Below, one piece after another: positions 8,038-18,194 of a stretch of 64,000 nt of DNA. The stretch is from positions 4,384,001 to 4,448,000 of the forward strand of contig OZ243938.1 of assembly GCA_965214095.1 (NCBI GenBank), read 5' to 3'. The DNA is from Candidatus Poribacteria bacterium. GTDB taxonomy: Bacteria > Poribacteria > WGA-4E > WGA-3G. The position numbers and the translations under genes are program-made. Numbering within the stretch: position 1 is the stretch's first letter; the number at the start of each line of letters is the position of its first letter. The notes under the pieces are model-generated. The model searched no databases and was not told the DNA's origin. It saw only the letters and a program-made list of their open reading frames with translations.

Positions 8038-9444
8038 ATGGCAGATACATCTTACAGTATCTTTGATACACGCACTCCAGAAGACATTCACCAAGAAATA
8101 CAACAAGTTTATCTTGAAAACGCGCGTCCTTGGGTAATTGGGTACAGCGGTGGAAAAGATTCTACTACAGCACTCCAACTAATATGGTATGCCCTTTCAG
8201 AATTACCGCCAGAAAAGCTTGAGTTTCCTGTTTTTGTGGTGTCTTCTGATACGCTCGTTGAAACTCCTGTCATCGTAAGTTACATAACGGGCACGCTGGA
8301 CAAACTTGAAGCAGTTGCGCGTGAAAAAAATATGCCTTTTCATACACAGATTGTCCGGCCAATTACTGAGGAAACTTTCTGGGTCAACTTGATTGGGAAA
8401 GGATATCCTGCTCCATATTCGCGATTTCGGTGGTGCACTGACCGAATGAAAATAAAACCTGCAAACCGGTTTATTTTGGATAAAGTTGCAGAATATGGTG
8501 AAGTAATTATGGTACTGGGTGTTCGTAAGGGGGAGAGTAATACACGTGATCAAGTTTTAAGTCTACACAGTATACAAAACTCTCTGCTTATGCGACATAC
8601 TACATTACCGAATGCTTATGTTTATGCACCTATTGTTAATTTTTCATTAGAGGATGTCTGGATGTACCTGTTATCCAATCCATCCCCTTGGGGAGGTGAC
8701 AATAGACAATTAGTCACTCTCTATCGAAATACGAATGCTCAAGGTGAATGTCCACTCGTCGTAGATGAAACTACCCCTTCCTGTGGAAATAGCCGCTTTG
8801 GATGTTGGACATGCACTGTTGTAACAAAAGACAAAGCAATGGAAGGTTTGATTGATAACGGAGAAGATTGGATGCTGCCTTTGCTGAATTTCCGAGATTT
8901 CCTTGCAGATACCCAAGATCCTGAAAAAAAGCATGAAATTCGCGAACATCGTCGTAGCAACGGAAGAATAACGTTCGATGAGAATGATAAACTCATACGT
9001 GGTCCCTATACCCTTGACTTTTGTAAAGAACTATTGACAAGACTGCTTAAAACGCAAGAAAAAGTTCGTAAAGACGGTCCAGACTCGGATATGAAACTCA
9101 TCACTGACGACGAACTTGAGGAAATTCGCAGAATCTGGAGAACCAATCGCCAAGATTGGGAGGATGCAGTACCACAGATTTATTCTGAAGTCGTCGGTGA
9201 ACGAGAGTGGATTGCTGACGATACAACGGCTTTTACTGCATCTGATAAGGAGTTGTTATCAAAAATCTGTGACGAGAATGGAGTGCCTGTTACACTTGTG
9301 GCAAAATTGTTAGATACTGAACGTCAGATGGATGGCATGAGTCGGCGCTCAGGAATCCAATCCAGAATTGACACTATTTTCCATGAAGATTGGCGTTCTG
9401 AAGAAGAGGCCCGTAATAGCTTAGATGGTAGTGTACAACAATGA
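8038..9444 (+). CDS. dndC: DNA phosphorothioation sulfurtransferase DndC
   Basis: PP-loop PWVIGYSGGKDS, SDTLVE, GKGYPAP...FRWCTDRMKIKP, ECPLVVD..TPSCGNSRFGCWTCTVV; start re-called at ATG 8038. Confidence 0.95.
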   Translation: MADTSYSIFDTRTPEDIHQEIQQVYLENARPWVIGYSGGKDSTTALQLIWYALSELPPEKLEFPVFVVSSDTLVETPVIVSYITGTLDKLEAVAREKNMPFHTQIVRPITEETFWVNLIGKGYPAPYSRFRWCTDRMKIKPANRFILDKVAEYGEVIMVLGVRKGESNTRDQVLSLHSIQNSLLMRHTTLPNAYVYAPIVNFSLEDVWMYLLSNPSPWGGDNRQLVTLYRNTNAQGECPLVVDETTPSCGNSRFGCWTCTVVTKDKAMEGLIDNGEDWMLPLLNFRDFLADTQDPEKKHEIREHRRSNGRITFDENDKLIRGPYTLDFCKELLTRLLKTQEKVRKDGPDSDMKLITDDELEEIRRIWRTNRQDWEDAVPQIYSEVVGEREWIADDTTAFTASDKELLSKICDENGVPVTLVAKLLDTERQMDGMSRRSGIQSRIDTIFHEDWRSEEEARNSLDGSVQQ

Positions 9445-11453
9445 TTCTCCACAAACTCACACTTAATAATTTCGGTTTGTTCCGTGGTCGGCAAACTATT
9501 ACACTCACCCCATATAACAGTAGACCTATAATCCTCATTGGTGGCATGAATGGTTCTGGTAAAACAACTTTGCTTGATGCAGTCAGGCTTTGTCTCTACG
9601 GTAAACGTTCCTTAGGTTCTCGTGTATCTCCTAATGAATATCATGAATATCTCGCTGCAATGATCCATCGCACTCCATCTCAAAAAATACAATTGAATCA
9701 AGCATCGGTCTCACTTGAGTTTGAATATGCACGGGGTGGTGAACGAAAACTCTGTAGTGTTGAACGTGAATGGAAACAATTCGGAAAGAGTAACCGTTCT
9801 GTAAAAGAGGGTCTAACATTCAGTGAAGACAAGAGTCAGAATGTAATGTCCGAAGCATCACACTTGCAAGATCATATCAATGAACTTATTCCAGTTGGTG
9901 TATCACAATTTTTCTTTTTTGACGGAGAAGATATTCAGAAATTGGTTGATGACACAAGCCATGATGAATTTCTTGCAGATTCAATAAAAGCATTGCTTGG
10001 AATTAATTATGTGGAAAGGTTACAATCGGATTTACGAATATATGCAAACCGATTGATCAAACGAGATAGTCCAGAACCTGTTCAAACAGAAATAGAAGCA
10101 ATAGAATGTGAAATCTCTTCTCTACAATCGTCTCTATCAGATGCAGAAGATCTTAATAAAACACTACATGCTGAAATTGAGAAATTAGAAGCACAGATTG
10201 AACGTCAAGAATCACGCATAGCTTCTGAAGGTGGTCTTTATGCTAAGAAAAGGGATAAGTTTATTCTACAGCAAGGACAACTCCTTGCAGATATCGAAGC
10301 ATTGGAAAATGACATTCGGGATTTTTGTGAAGACATATTCCCATTTTCATTAGTACCGGAATTACTTGGTAAGTTAAGAGATAGACTGATAAAAGAGATT
10401 GAATTGGATGAGTGGGAGTCAGAAAAACGTGTTTTGAAAAAACAGAATGATGAATTACTTGAAACTCTTGCCTCTGCTATACTATGGGAGGATGCTTCCT
10501 TAAATGATGCACAGATTAAAGCTGTTCGTTCCAAACTCTCTCCAATTTTGAAAAAACGAATTGAACGTCCAAAGGAATTACGCGGATTCAAGAAAATCCG
10601 GGACCGTTCACCTTCTGAATACGCAAATCTATTTGAGTGGATTGATGCGTGTCTAGACGTTGTTCCTACAGAATTTGCTGAATTGAACAATACATTGAGA
10701 GAAACACAATCTGAATTAGAAAAGGTTGAGGCGTTACTACAGAGAGCTCCAACAGAAGAAGTGCTAAAACCAATGATTGAAAAACTATCTGAATTAAATC
10801 AGAAACTTGGTCAGTTAAACAAGCAAGTGCAAGAAACAGACGACTCAATCCACTCTACATCCTATCAACTTGATGTTGCTGAACGTAAACTTGATAGATT
10901 GCGTTATAATCAGCAGCTTGCACAAGAACATATTCAACGCCAAGGACGGGTAAACGAAGTGCAGTCAGTTCTTTCCAAATATACAAGTCAACTGTTACAA
11001 ACAAAATTGTCAACACTAGGTAATGCTATCGTTGAGAGTTTCAATCAACTATCACATAAAACGAATCGAATTAAACATGTCGAAATTGATTCCCAGACGT
11101 TCAAGGTAACCCTTTATGATGCGAACAACAATCCGTTGTCAAAAAATGAATTGTCTGCAGGTGAAAAACAGATATATACAACAGCTTTATTATGGGGATT
11201 GGCAAAAACATCTGGAAAACCACTCCCAATGATTCTTGACACACCCCTCGGACGTTTAGATACCAGTCACCGCAAACTTCTTGTTGAACGTTATTTTCCG
11301 AACGTTAGCCACCAAGTCATACTGCTCTCTACTGACACTGAAATTGACGAACATTTACTCTCACTTTTGGAACCTTGTGTCTCACACACGTTCCATTTAG
11401 AGTATCAAAAATCAGACGAACACTCCGACATTAAAGAGGGTTATTTCGGGTAG
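9441..11453 (+). CDS. dndD: DNA sulfur modification SMC-like ATPase DndD
   Basis: GGMNGSGKTT, FFFFDGE, long coiled coil, LSAGEKQ, LDTPLGRLD..HR...YFP..SHQVILLSTDTEI; 4-nt overlap with dndC. Confidence 0.95.
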   Translation: MILHKLTLNNFGLFRGRQTITLTPYNSRPIILIGGMNGSGKTTLLDAVRLCLYGKRSLGSRVSPNEYHEYLAAMIHRTPSQKIQLNQASVSLEFEYARGGERKLCSVEREWKQFGKSNRSVKEGLTFSEDKSQNVMSEASHLQDHINELIPVGVSQFFFFDGEDIQKLVDDTSHDEFLADSIKALLGINYVERLQSDLRIYANRLIKRDSPEPVQTEIEAIECEISSLQSSLSDAEDLNKTLHAEIEKLEAQIERQESRIASEGGLYAKKRDKFILQQGQLLADIEALENDIRDFCEDIFPFSLVPELLGKLRDRLIKEIELDEWESEKRVLKKQNDELLETLASAILWEDASLNDAQIKAVRSKLSPILKKRIERPKELRGFKKIRDRSPSEYANLFEWIDACLDVVPTEFAELNNTLRETQSELEKVEALLQRAPTEEVLKPMIEKLSELNQKLGQLNKQVQETDDSIHSTSYQLDVAERKLDRLRYNQQLAQEHIQRQGRVNEVQSVLSKYTSQLLQTKLSTLGNAIVESFNQLSHKTNRIKHVEIDSQTFKVTLYDANNNPLSKNELSAGEKQIYTTALLWGLAKTSGKPLPMILDTPLGRLDTSHRKLLVERYFPNVSHQVILLSTDTEIDEHLLSLLEPCVSHTFHLEYQKSDEHSDIKEGYFG

Positions 11454-11459
11454 GGTTTT

Positions 11460-11822
11460 ATGCAGTTAAACAGAATTCATATCTCAGAAGATTCACGTCA
11501 TAAGCTCAGCATTCTGAAAGGAAGGACAGGATTACTTCCGAATGTTCTCAGCAGAATCGGATTGATGCTTTCCCTCGCAGAATCTAATGAACCCGAACTT
11601 GATGCAGATACATCAGATGGATCGGAATTCAATCGTTTTACGTTGATGGGAGAATGGGATCCGCTGATTGTTGCATTATTGGAGGAAAAAGGGATTGATA
11701 ACGGTATGTGTGAGGATAATGAGATACTTGTAAAATATTTCCGTGCACATTTAAATCGTGGGGTTCGTTTGCTTTACGGTCGGGTTAAGAGGTTAGAGGA
11801 TTTCGGAAATATTTTGCCTTGA
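11460..11822 (+). CDS. dndE: DNA sulfur modification protein DndE
   Basis: LK.RTGL.PNVLSR....SL, G.EFNR.TL.GE, FRAHL.RG; follows dndD. Confidence 0.92.
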   Translation: MQLNRIHISEDSRHKLSILKGRTGLLPNVLSRIGLMLSLAESNEPELDADTSDGSEFNRFTLMGEWDPLIVALLEEKGIDNGMCEDNEILVKYFRAHLNRGVRLLYGRVKRLEDFGNILP

Positions 11823-11862
11823 GGACAGAAGGATTTGCCTCCTAATTCATGATTCCGAGACT

Positions 11863-13608
11863 TTATAATCGACTTCTGTTTAGTAATTCGTGAATTTCTT
11901 TAATACTTCCACCTCTCTTGCTAGGTAAGTTTCTTTGCGCGGAGTGATAGGCACCTGGATAAAATACAACGGCAGATTCCTTAACTCGTCCCCTGTTATA
12001 TGTGGTATAAATGTTATGTTTTATCTTACGTAGTTCCGCTTCCACTTGTTCTAATGTTAACTGTTTATCTACAAACGTCCCTAACAATCTTATGAATGCT
12101 CCCATATATTTAGCACACATCAGCAGCGAATCTTGATTTCCCCAGTCTTCAGAAAACACACTCTTAACTTGCGAAAAATAACTCTCTAACAATGTTCCTA
12201 CATTTTGGATAAGTATGTCATAAGTTTCTTCACCCTCGTCCGTACCTCCTATGCGTTCACCTATAATATTTCTAATAGCATTAAAACTCTCAAGTTTTGA
12301 GATACGAGCTAATTCTTCAATTACGGAAATAATTGGAATCGGTGTTTGGTCAAACTGATTTTTCTTGATAAATGCTTTTATCGCAAATATTCTTGCAAGA
12401 ACACCGTTAGGTTTAGAATCACATGTTTTTAGGACTTTTGCTGCAACAGATTCTGGTGTCTTTACATCAAGGACATCATACGAAATGAGAAGGATTAAAT
12501 CCCGTTTAACCTTGGTTTGCTCTCTGTTAATGGTGATGAAGGTTTGCGCTGCATAGCGGTTTATTTTTTCCGAGTCCTTTGTATTAAACTTGATCGCAGT
12601 CACAATCAGTTTTGACTCTCTCCTAACTTGTTCATCATCAGATAAAGTGTATGAAAACAAACGGTGTTGACCATCAATAACATCAATTGAAGCATATTCA
12701 AAAGGGATATGTAACCCATTTTCATCAATCTTACATTCTTTAGACAAGACTAATGTTAGATTAGTTGGAAAAGTAATCCTAGAGTTATCATTTATAAAAC
12801 CTGCTAAATTCTCTAATTTTTGGTGACTTAAAAGTCTTTGATAACCACTACTTGTTTTAGGAGTAGAATCATCAATTGATGTAGAGCGTTTTGCAGATAC
12901 AGTAAGCGGTTGTCCTTGATAACGGGCAACTCGGGCAACTCGTAAAAGCTCATCAGGTGTAAAAATCGCTACTACAATGGTAGCACGGGCTTGACCAGAA
13001 CCAAGGCTAATGTTAGTAAGTTCTAGGCATTTTCTAACTGGTAGAGAGTCACCTAAAACAGAATCTTTTAGATCTCTTGGTGTAATTTTCTGTGAAGCAA
13101 AAAACTCATATTTCGCTGTAGATTTAATAGCACGTTCAAGGTTTTTAAAATATTCCCAGTTTTCTTCATCAAAAATATGCAAACAATCTGTTTCAGGAAA
13201 ATCTGTTGGAGATATCTTTTGGATTGTTAATTCGCTGCTGGTTCCTATATACAAGTATCGCCAAGTTGATACACCGGTAAAGTTTGGTAGTTTATCTTTT
13301 GGAATTCCTTGGAAGTGAGAAAATAGTTTCAGTTTTTCTAATTGACATTCGTTGATTAATTTACAGTGTCTAATAAAACTTTTTATCTTTTTGCTGGGCT
13401 TACTTCTTTCAGTGGTAGTTTCAATTAGTATACAAACTCCCTTTTCCAAACAGACAATGTCAATCTCCAGGTGTCCGCTTGGTGATTCCTTGGGATAAAG
13501 ATTGCGGAGTGGAATTTGTCCGTGAGAACCGTAGCATTCAATCCCCATACCTTTTAAGGTCTTCAGTACCTCTCTCTCAAATCGCTGTCCTTTTTTGTCT
13601 TTTGACAT
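11863..13608 (-). CDS. DGQHR-domain (DndB-like) protein with an N-terminal PD-(D/E)xK-like nuclease domain
   Basis: GYQR, FPTN, VIDGQHRL, F.TIN.EQ; N-terminus KG..FEREV...L...G...EIDIV......LIET resembles the Hjc/restriction endonuclease fold. Confidence 0.8.
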   Translation of the reverse strand: MSKDKKGQRFEREVLKTLKGMGIECYGSHGQIPLRNLYPKESPSGHLEIDIVCLEKGVCILIETTTERSKPSKKIKSFIRHCKLINECQLEKLKLFSHFQGIPKDKLPNFTGVSTWRYLYIGTSSELTIQKISPTDFPETDCLHIFDEENWEYFKNLERAIKSTAKYEFFASQKITPRDLKDSVLGDSLPVRKCLELTNISLGSGQARATIVVAIFTPDELLRVARVARYQGQPLTVSAKRSTSIDDSTPKTSSGYQRLLSHQKLENLAGFINDNSRITFPTNLTLVLSKECKIDENGLHIPFEYASIDVIDGQHRLFSYTLSDDEQVRRESKLIVTAIKFNTKDSEKINRYAAQTFITINREQTKVKRDLILLISYDVLDVKTPESVAAKVLKTCDSKPNGVLARIFAIKAFIKKNQFDQTPIPIISVIEELARISKLESFNAIRNIIGERIGGTDEGEETYDILIQNVGTLLESYFSQVKSVFSEDWGNQDSLLMCAKYMGAFIRLLGTFVDKQLTLEQVEAELRKIKHNIYTTYNRGRVKESAVVFYPGAYHSAQRNLPSKRGGSIKEIHELLNRSRL

Positions 13609-13645
13609 TATTTATTTCCTAACATCCAAAATTTCCAACTGAATT

Positions 13646-14101
13646 CTAGATAGAATCGTCTTGAATCCAATTCGCCAATAAATCAAGAAGATTGTCAATT
13701 TTATCACCAGGCATCTCACGTACTTCTTCCTCTATTTGTAGAATTCCCGCATTAGCGTATTCCTCTGCAATCCTTAAAATTTCGTTTCGGTCAGTTAATA
13801 CCTCAACTCCGTTTGTCTCAGTAACAGCCAATGCATCAAGCAAAGAAACTTCGTCTGTTGAAAATACTTGCCAATTGAAAATATCAGTTCCTTTTGCTAA
13901 AGGAATTCGTTCTTGATTTTTATATCCTAAAAATGTAGCTGACATGAAAAGGTTTTTCATGTTTTCAAAAGGTCGTGTATCTGTGTCCTTTTCTGAGATC
14001 TCTCTATCAGGACGTTTAGCTAGTTCTTGGTACGTTGAATGATGAGACTGATCAATAGAAATACGATATTGTTCTCTTGACTGTTGTTTAACATTTTTCA
14101 T
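13646..14101 (-). CDS. pbeD: DNA phosphorothioation-associated small protein, PbeD-like
   Basis: PF..M..LF..A..LG....R.PL and EEYANAG motifs; follows the second SMC-like ATPase. Confidence 0.65.
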   Translation of the reverse strand: MKNVKQQSREQYRISIDQSHHSTYQELAKRPDREISEKDTDTRPFENMKNLFMSATFLGYKNQERIPLAKGTDIFNWQVFSTDEVSLLDALAVTETNGVEVLTDRNEILRIAEEYANAGILQIEEEVREMPGDKIDNLLDLLANWIQDDSI

Positions 14102-14111
14102 TATTATACTC

Positions 14112-14245
14112 CTAGTGCTAAGTCAAGTGTTAACTGATGGATATAATAGTATTTGGGAATCGGAGTCCCCTTCTACAATAAGTGGACAGTCGGTAGGAGC
14201 GATCTCCGAATCGCGAACTACAATAAAATGTTGACTAAGCACTAG
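14112..14245. mobile_element. MITE-like element (CTAGTG...CACTAG ends) with two divergent GTAG hairpins, inside the pbe operon
   Basis: ctagtgctaagtcaa / ttgactaagcactag (14/15 IR); contains gggaatcggagtccccttctac and gtaggagcgatctccgaatcgcg, the same two cores as at 6595-6658. Confidence 0.75.
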
Positions 14246-14271
14246 CCAGTTGAGATACCTTATATTCATTT

Positions 14272-16224
14272 CTATGGTATACGTTTTATTGTAGTCGTCG
14301 TGTTTTTCAGATCTTCCTTAGTGAATTGCAACACATATTCTGCTCCAATTGATGACTCAAGTTTTGTCCGTGCATCACCATATAATTCTTCGTCTGTGAC
14401 AAATAAAACTAATTGATCCGCAATATCGGGAAAGACATCAACTATATTTTCTCTGTGTTCTTTGGAAAGTCTACCAAAAGGTGTGTCCATTACAATTGGA
14501 AAAGGTTCATTTTCCAAGTTTGGGATCATTCTCTTAACTGCCATTTTTGCAAGTGCGCCTATGAATGAGAGACTGAGAATCTGACGCTGCCCAGCTGACA
14601 TCTCAGGGAGCACATCATCACCAGAAACATCAATTACTAAAAGCTTATAATTTTCTGTGAGGGTAATTTCTACAAAATGGTCTGCATTTCTAACAAGACC
14701 TTTGAAAATTGGTTGAACTTCTTCTTGAATTTGTTCTCGCATATTTGCTGCATGCATCTCGTATATTTCAGCCATCGCCGAAGAAGCTGCATTGGTAAGT
14801 TCATAGGAACGTTTCAAAAGTTCTGTTGCAGTACTTAAACTTTCTTCCTTCTTTATATCTTCATCCAACTGGCTAATAATTCGATCAATTTCTTCAATTC
14901 GTCCTTTTGTAAGACTAATTTTATTTTCATAATCCCGTATATCCGATTCGTATCCCTTTCGGGCTGCTTCAAGCTGAGTGACCTCGTCATCATCAAAATT
15001 ACCAAGATTCTCCTTAATATTTTCTAAACGGATTTCATTTGTCTGGATTTTAGATTCTAACTCTTGGGCATTTCCCAAGGAGGATTTCAATTGCATTGGA
15101 ATTTTTTCCACCTCATCGTTCAACAATCTTTTTAAATTATTCTCAGTTTCGCTTATAGCATATTTCTCCGAGTCTGAAGTCACAGTATTCTCAAGTAAAT
15201 TTACGATATTTTGATATTCAATGCTTTCACTAGGAATTGGACGACCACACAAACAGTTAGTTTGACATAAAAGATCTTTCAAAAAGGCAGTAGGAATCCT
15301 ACTTGGAATATCATTTTTCTCAATTATTTCTAAGCATTTAAATATAACAGGTTTGGCCAAAGGAAAAAATCCTTTGTTAGCAAGAGCGCGTATTTCTATA
15401 CGACTATCTTCTTTATTATCTTTTAGTTTTTGTAATTCTAGCTCTATACTATTTCGTTCTTGGGCAAGTTCGCGAGATGATGCAATTGTTTTTAGTCTGT
15501 CATCTACATCTTGCTTTAAGTTTTTTGATGCCTCAATTTCAGCCTTTTTTTTCTCTATATCCTCGCAAAACTTGTCCCGCTGAGATTGTCTGTTTTCTCT
15601 CTCATCAAGTAATACCTTTAAATTACCTGTAGAATTTCGTTTAAGTTCTCTACGGTACTCTGAAGCGATATTTGTTAGGTGCCTCCGGCCTCGATCAATC
15701 TCTTCAATTCTAAGGACGTTGCGCACTGCATTCTGGATTTCCTCTTCGTTACCGGGTTTAGTAAAGTTATAAATCTGTTCCCCATCAAAAAAGAAATGAA
15801 CACTTACATCTTCGGGAATTATTGACTTAATCCGATCTGAGGCATCATCTTCCGTATGTTTACGTTTTAATCCGAAAGGATTATTACTTTTTAACAAAAA
15901 TGTTGTCTTATTATCTCCAAATGTAGATCTTTTTGCACAGTACTCATTTTCTCGATAGGTAAATCCGATTTCCACCAAGGTTTCAGCAGAATTATTTTCC
16001 CTCAAAGCACGTCTATTTTCTAACTTTCCAATATTGCCAAATTTTCTTCGCACAGACTCAGTTCCGTAAAAACACCAGTGGCAAGCCATAAATAATGAAG
16101 TCTTGCCAGCACCATTGGCTCCATGAATCACAGTAACATGACGAGATTCATCAGTTGTAAAGTAAAGAGACTGTTCACCGTAATAGGATCTAAAATTTTT
16201 TAATGTAATATAGTTAAGTTTCAA
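14272..16224 (-). CDS. pbeC: SMC/Rad50-like ATPase, PbeC-like
   Basis: GANGAGKT, FFFDGE, CLCGR hook, MSAGQRQ, VMDTPFGRL; TTG start with GAGGAG RBS. Confidence 0.8.
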   Translation of the reverse strand: MKLNYITLKNFRSYYGEQSLYFTTDESRHVTVIHGANGAGKTSLFMACHWCFYGTESVRRKFGNIGKLENRRALRENNSAETLVEIGFTYRENEYCAKRSTFGDNKTTFLLKSNNPFGLKRKHTEDDASDRIKSIIPEDVSVHFFFDGEQIYNFTKPGNEEEIQNAVRNVLRIEEIDRGRRHLTNIASEYRRELKRNSTGNLKVLLDERENRQSQRDKFCEDIEKKKAEIEASKNLKQDVDDRLKTIASSRELAQERNSIELELQKLKDNKEDSRIEIRALANKGFFPLAKPVIFKCLEIIEKNDIPSRIPTAFLKDLLCQTNCLCGRPIPSESIEYQNIVNLLENTVTSDSEKYAISETENNLKRLLNDEVEKIPMQLKSSLGNAQELESKIQTNEIRLENIKENLGNFDDDEVTQLEAARKGYESDIRDYENKISLTKGRIEEIDRIISQLDEDIKKEESLSTATELLKRSYELTNAASSAMAEIYEMHAANMREQIQEEVQPIFKGLVRNADHFVEITLTENYKLLVIDVSGDDVLPEMSAGQRQILSLSFIGALAKMAVKRMIPNLENEPFPIVMDTPFGRLSKEHRENIVDVFPDIADQLVLFVTDEELYGDARTKLESSIGAEYVLQFTKEDLKNTTTTIKRIP

Positions 16225-16384
16225 GTTTCTTTATCTCCTCATGAATAATCTGCTCAATTGTATTTTTTATGCCTTTGGGCTTTATCATATCTATCCTTTC
16301 AAGTTCTGCTTTAAGTACTTTATCAATTACATTCCTCACTTCACTAGGTAAACTGTCCATATATTCTTCTATCTTATTTTTCAT
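16214..16384 (-). CDS. pbeB: small 56-aa protein, PbeB-like (absent from the ORF track)
   Basis: MKNKIEEYMDSLPSEVRNVIDKVLKAELERIDMIKPKGIKNTIEQIIHEEIKKLET; its ATG overlaps the pbeA stop (TAATG) and its end overlaps the pbeC start. Confidence 0.7.
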   Translation of the reverse strand: MKNKIEEYMDSLPSEVRNVIDKVLKAELERIDMIKPKGIKNTIEQIIHEEIKKLET

Positions 16385-16686
16385 TATGATCCTCCTAATA
16401 TACCTAATAGATTATATATTTTAGCATAGTCATGTATATTAACACGTGCTTGATTCTTATTCAATGCTAATTCCGCAAATTCGTTAAACCTTCTCAATTC
16501 CTTTTCAACTATTTTACGCTCTGTGTCAAATGTTGAACTTGAATATTGCTGGTACCCAGAAGGTGGAACGGCAATTAGATCATGTATTTCAGCTTTTTCT
16601 TTGCCGTGTGCTTTACGAAGAATTCTACCCCGTCGTTGTATAAACTCCTTCGGATTACTGCTACTTGCAAGAATGTATGCCGTTTG

Positions 16687-16706
16687 GGTACTAGGCACAT
16701 CAACAC
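16687..16706 (+). repeat. target-site duplication, left copy (right copy 18195-18214)
   Basis: ggtactaggcacatcaacac is identical on both sides of the IS. Confidence 0.92.
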
Positions 16707-18194
16707 CATAGGCGTCAATTTAGTGATTTTTTGCTGCATTTTCAAGGTGTTCTAATGTTGTGTCTCTATTAGCACGTCTCTCAATGTAGCACCCATTTTG
16801 GAAAGCGTGTTTTATTTCATCAAAAGTTTGCCGAAAAGACATTATAGACTTGCGGAAACCTATTGCAAGTGTGCGTGCGAAGGTGCTAATAAGTTCTGCT
16901 GTTTTTGTTAGACTATGTTTTAGACATCGCCAACCGACCCTTAACATGATCCAGTGCCGCATAATTGCGACGATGAGTTTTGCATATAACTCACATAAGA
17001 TTCTATATGGCTTGTCGCTACGGGAGGTATCAACTTTTCCAATGCTTTTGAAGCACTTGAACATCAACTCAACCTGCCATCGGATGCGTGCGACAGCACA
17101 AATCTGTTCAGCAGTCAGATGGTCTACTTTTATATTAGTAATGTAGATATTCCATCTTGCGAGCTGAAGTCGTTTGGGTGAAGGTTTCGTATACTTCCGC
17201 TTTGCACGATGTTTTATCTCCTTAATACGCTGTTGGGTTTCTGTTTCTGAAAGTCTTTGAACAACTAATCGTGCTTTGAGACGCTTGTTTTTACCTATAA
17301 AGATTTGTTTGTCCTTGAAGTTATTAGAACCCTTCTTGAGCCATTTTAGCAAACAAAAAGGGTCACCTGTTTCATCATAGAGAAAACACTGGACTTTGTA
17401 GCGTGATATCCAAAAGACGTTTGCATCGGAAAGTCTTTTGAAGGTATCAAGTGAATAATAGCCGAGGTCTGCGAGGCGCAAACTGCCGGCGGGTAGCATG
17501 TCAATCTGCTTTTCAATAGCACTATCAGCGGTGATACCATTGGTCAGTTCAAAGTGTTCAAAAGTGCCTGTGGCACTATCAAAACGCAGGTGGAGTTTCA
17601 CGGCAGCTGTGTTCGGTTTATTCTTTTTGCTTCCACCTTCCCAAGTTTCGTGGAGCACATCAGGGAGTGTAATCCAAGAACTATCTTGTAAATAGACACC
17701 AGTGAACTTTTCAAGGAGCGGAAGCGTTTGCGGGTCGGCAGAAATAACCTTGGACGCAGTAGCATCAAGGATAACTTTCAGGGTCTCTGCTGCTTCAGAT
17801 GTAAATCGTTGTTCAATGGCTTGTCGTGAGATTGAAATCCCCAGCACACCAGCGGTTTGCGCAAGTTGTGTATAGGTGGCATCTGGGTTTTCTAACCAAG
17901 TCCAAATGAGTATTTGAGCAAAACGACTACCGTTGAGTTTACAACTTCTTTTGACAAAACCTGTATTGAGAGCTGCATCATTGGCTATAGTTGTAAGAAT
18001 ATGTTGCATTTCTTTGGGAACTTGTGATAATGTATTCATTAGGAAACACCTCTTTGTAGACCATAATAAATCTATATCTACATTATATATGAGGTGTTTT
18101 CATTTTTACAGAAGTTTTATTTCATAATTTATACTTCCTCTGATTAAAAGTTGACACTTATCGGTCTTGGTGCATCCTTAAATTGACGCCTATG
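16707..18194 (-). mobile_element. IS4-family-like insertion sequence, 1488 bp
   Basis: Perfect 16-bp IRs cataggcgtcaattta (16707-16722) / taaattgacgcctatg (18179-18194); flanking 20-bp direct repeats. Confidence 0.92.
16720..18039 (-). CDS. IS4-family DDE transposase
   Basis: LQDSS, KLHL..D, LADLGYY, ARIRWQVELMFKCFKS (YREK-like; the Y position is A). Confidence 0.92.
   Translation of the reverse strand: MNTLSQVPKEMQHILTTIANDAALNTGFVKRSCKLNGSRFAQILIWTWLENPDATYTQLAQTAGVLGISISRQAIEQRFTSEAAETLKVILDATASKVISADPQTLPLLEKFTGVYLQDSSWITLPDVLHETWEGGSKKNKPNTAAVKLHLRFDSATGTFEHFELTNGITADSAIEKQIDMLPAGSLRLADLGYYSLDTFKRLSDANVFWISRYKVQCFLYDETGDPFCLLKWLKKGSNNFKDKQIFIGKNKRLKARLVVQRLSETETQQRIKEIKHRAKRKYTKPSPKRLQLARWNIYITNIKVDHLTAEQICAVARIRWQVELMFKCFKSIGKVDTSRSDKPYRILCELYAKLIVAIMRHWIMLRVGWRCLKHSLTKTAELISTFARTLAIGFRKSIMSFRQTFDEIKHAFQNGCYIERRANRDTTLEHLENAAKNH

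Noticed and set aside
11863-13608. Calling this gene plain dndB
   Set aside because: It has an extra N-terminal domain of about 200 aa and lies in the opposite operon, so the symbol was withheld
16384-16698. 104-aa ORF as an independent gene
   Set aside because: It is the C-terminal part of pbeA and starts at a GTG inside the target duplication
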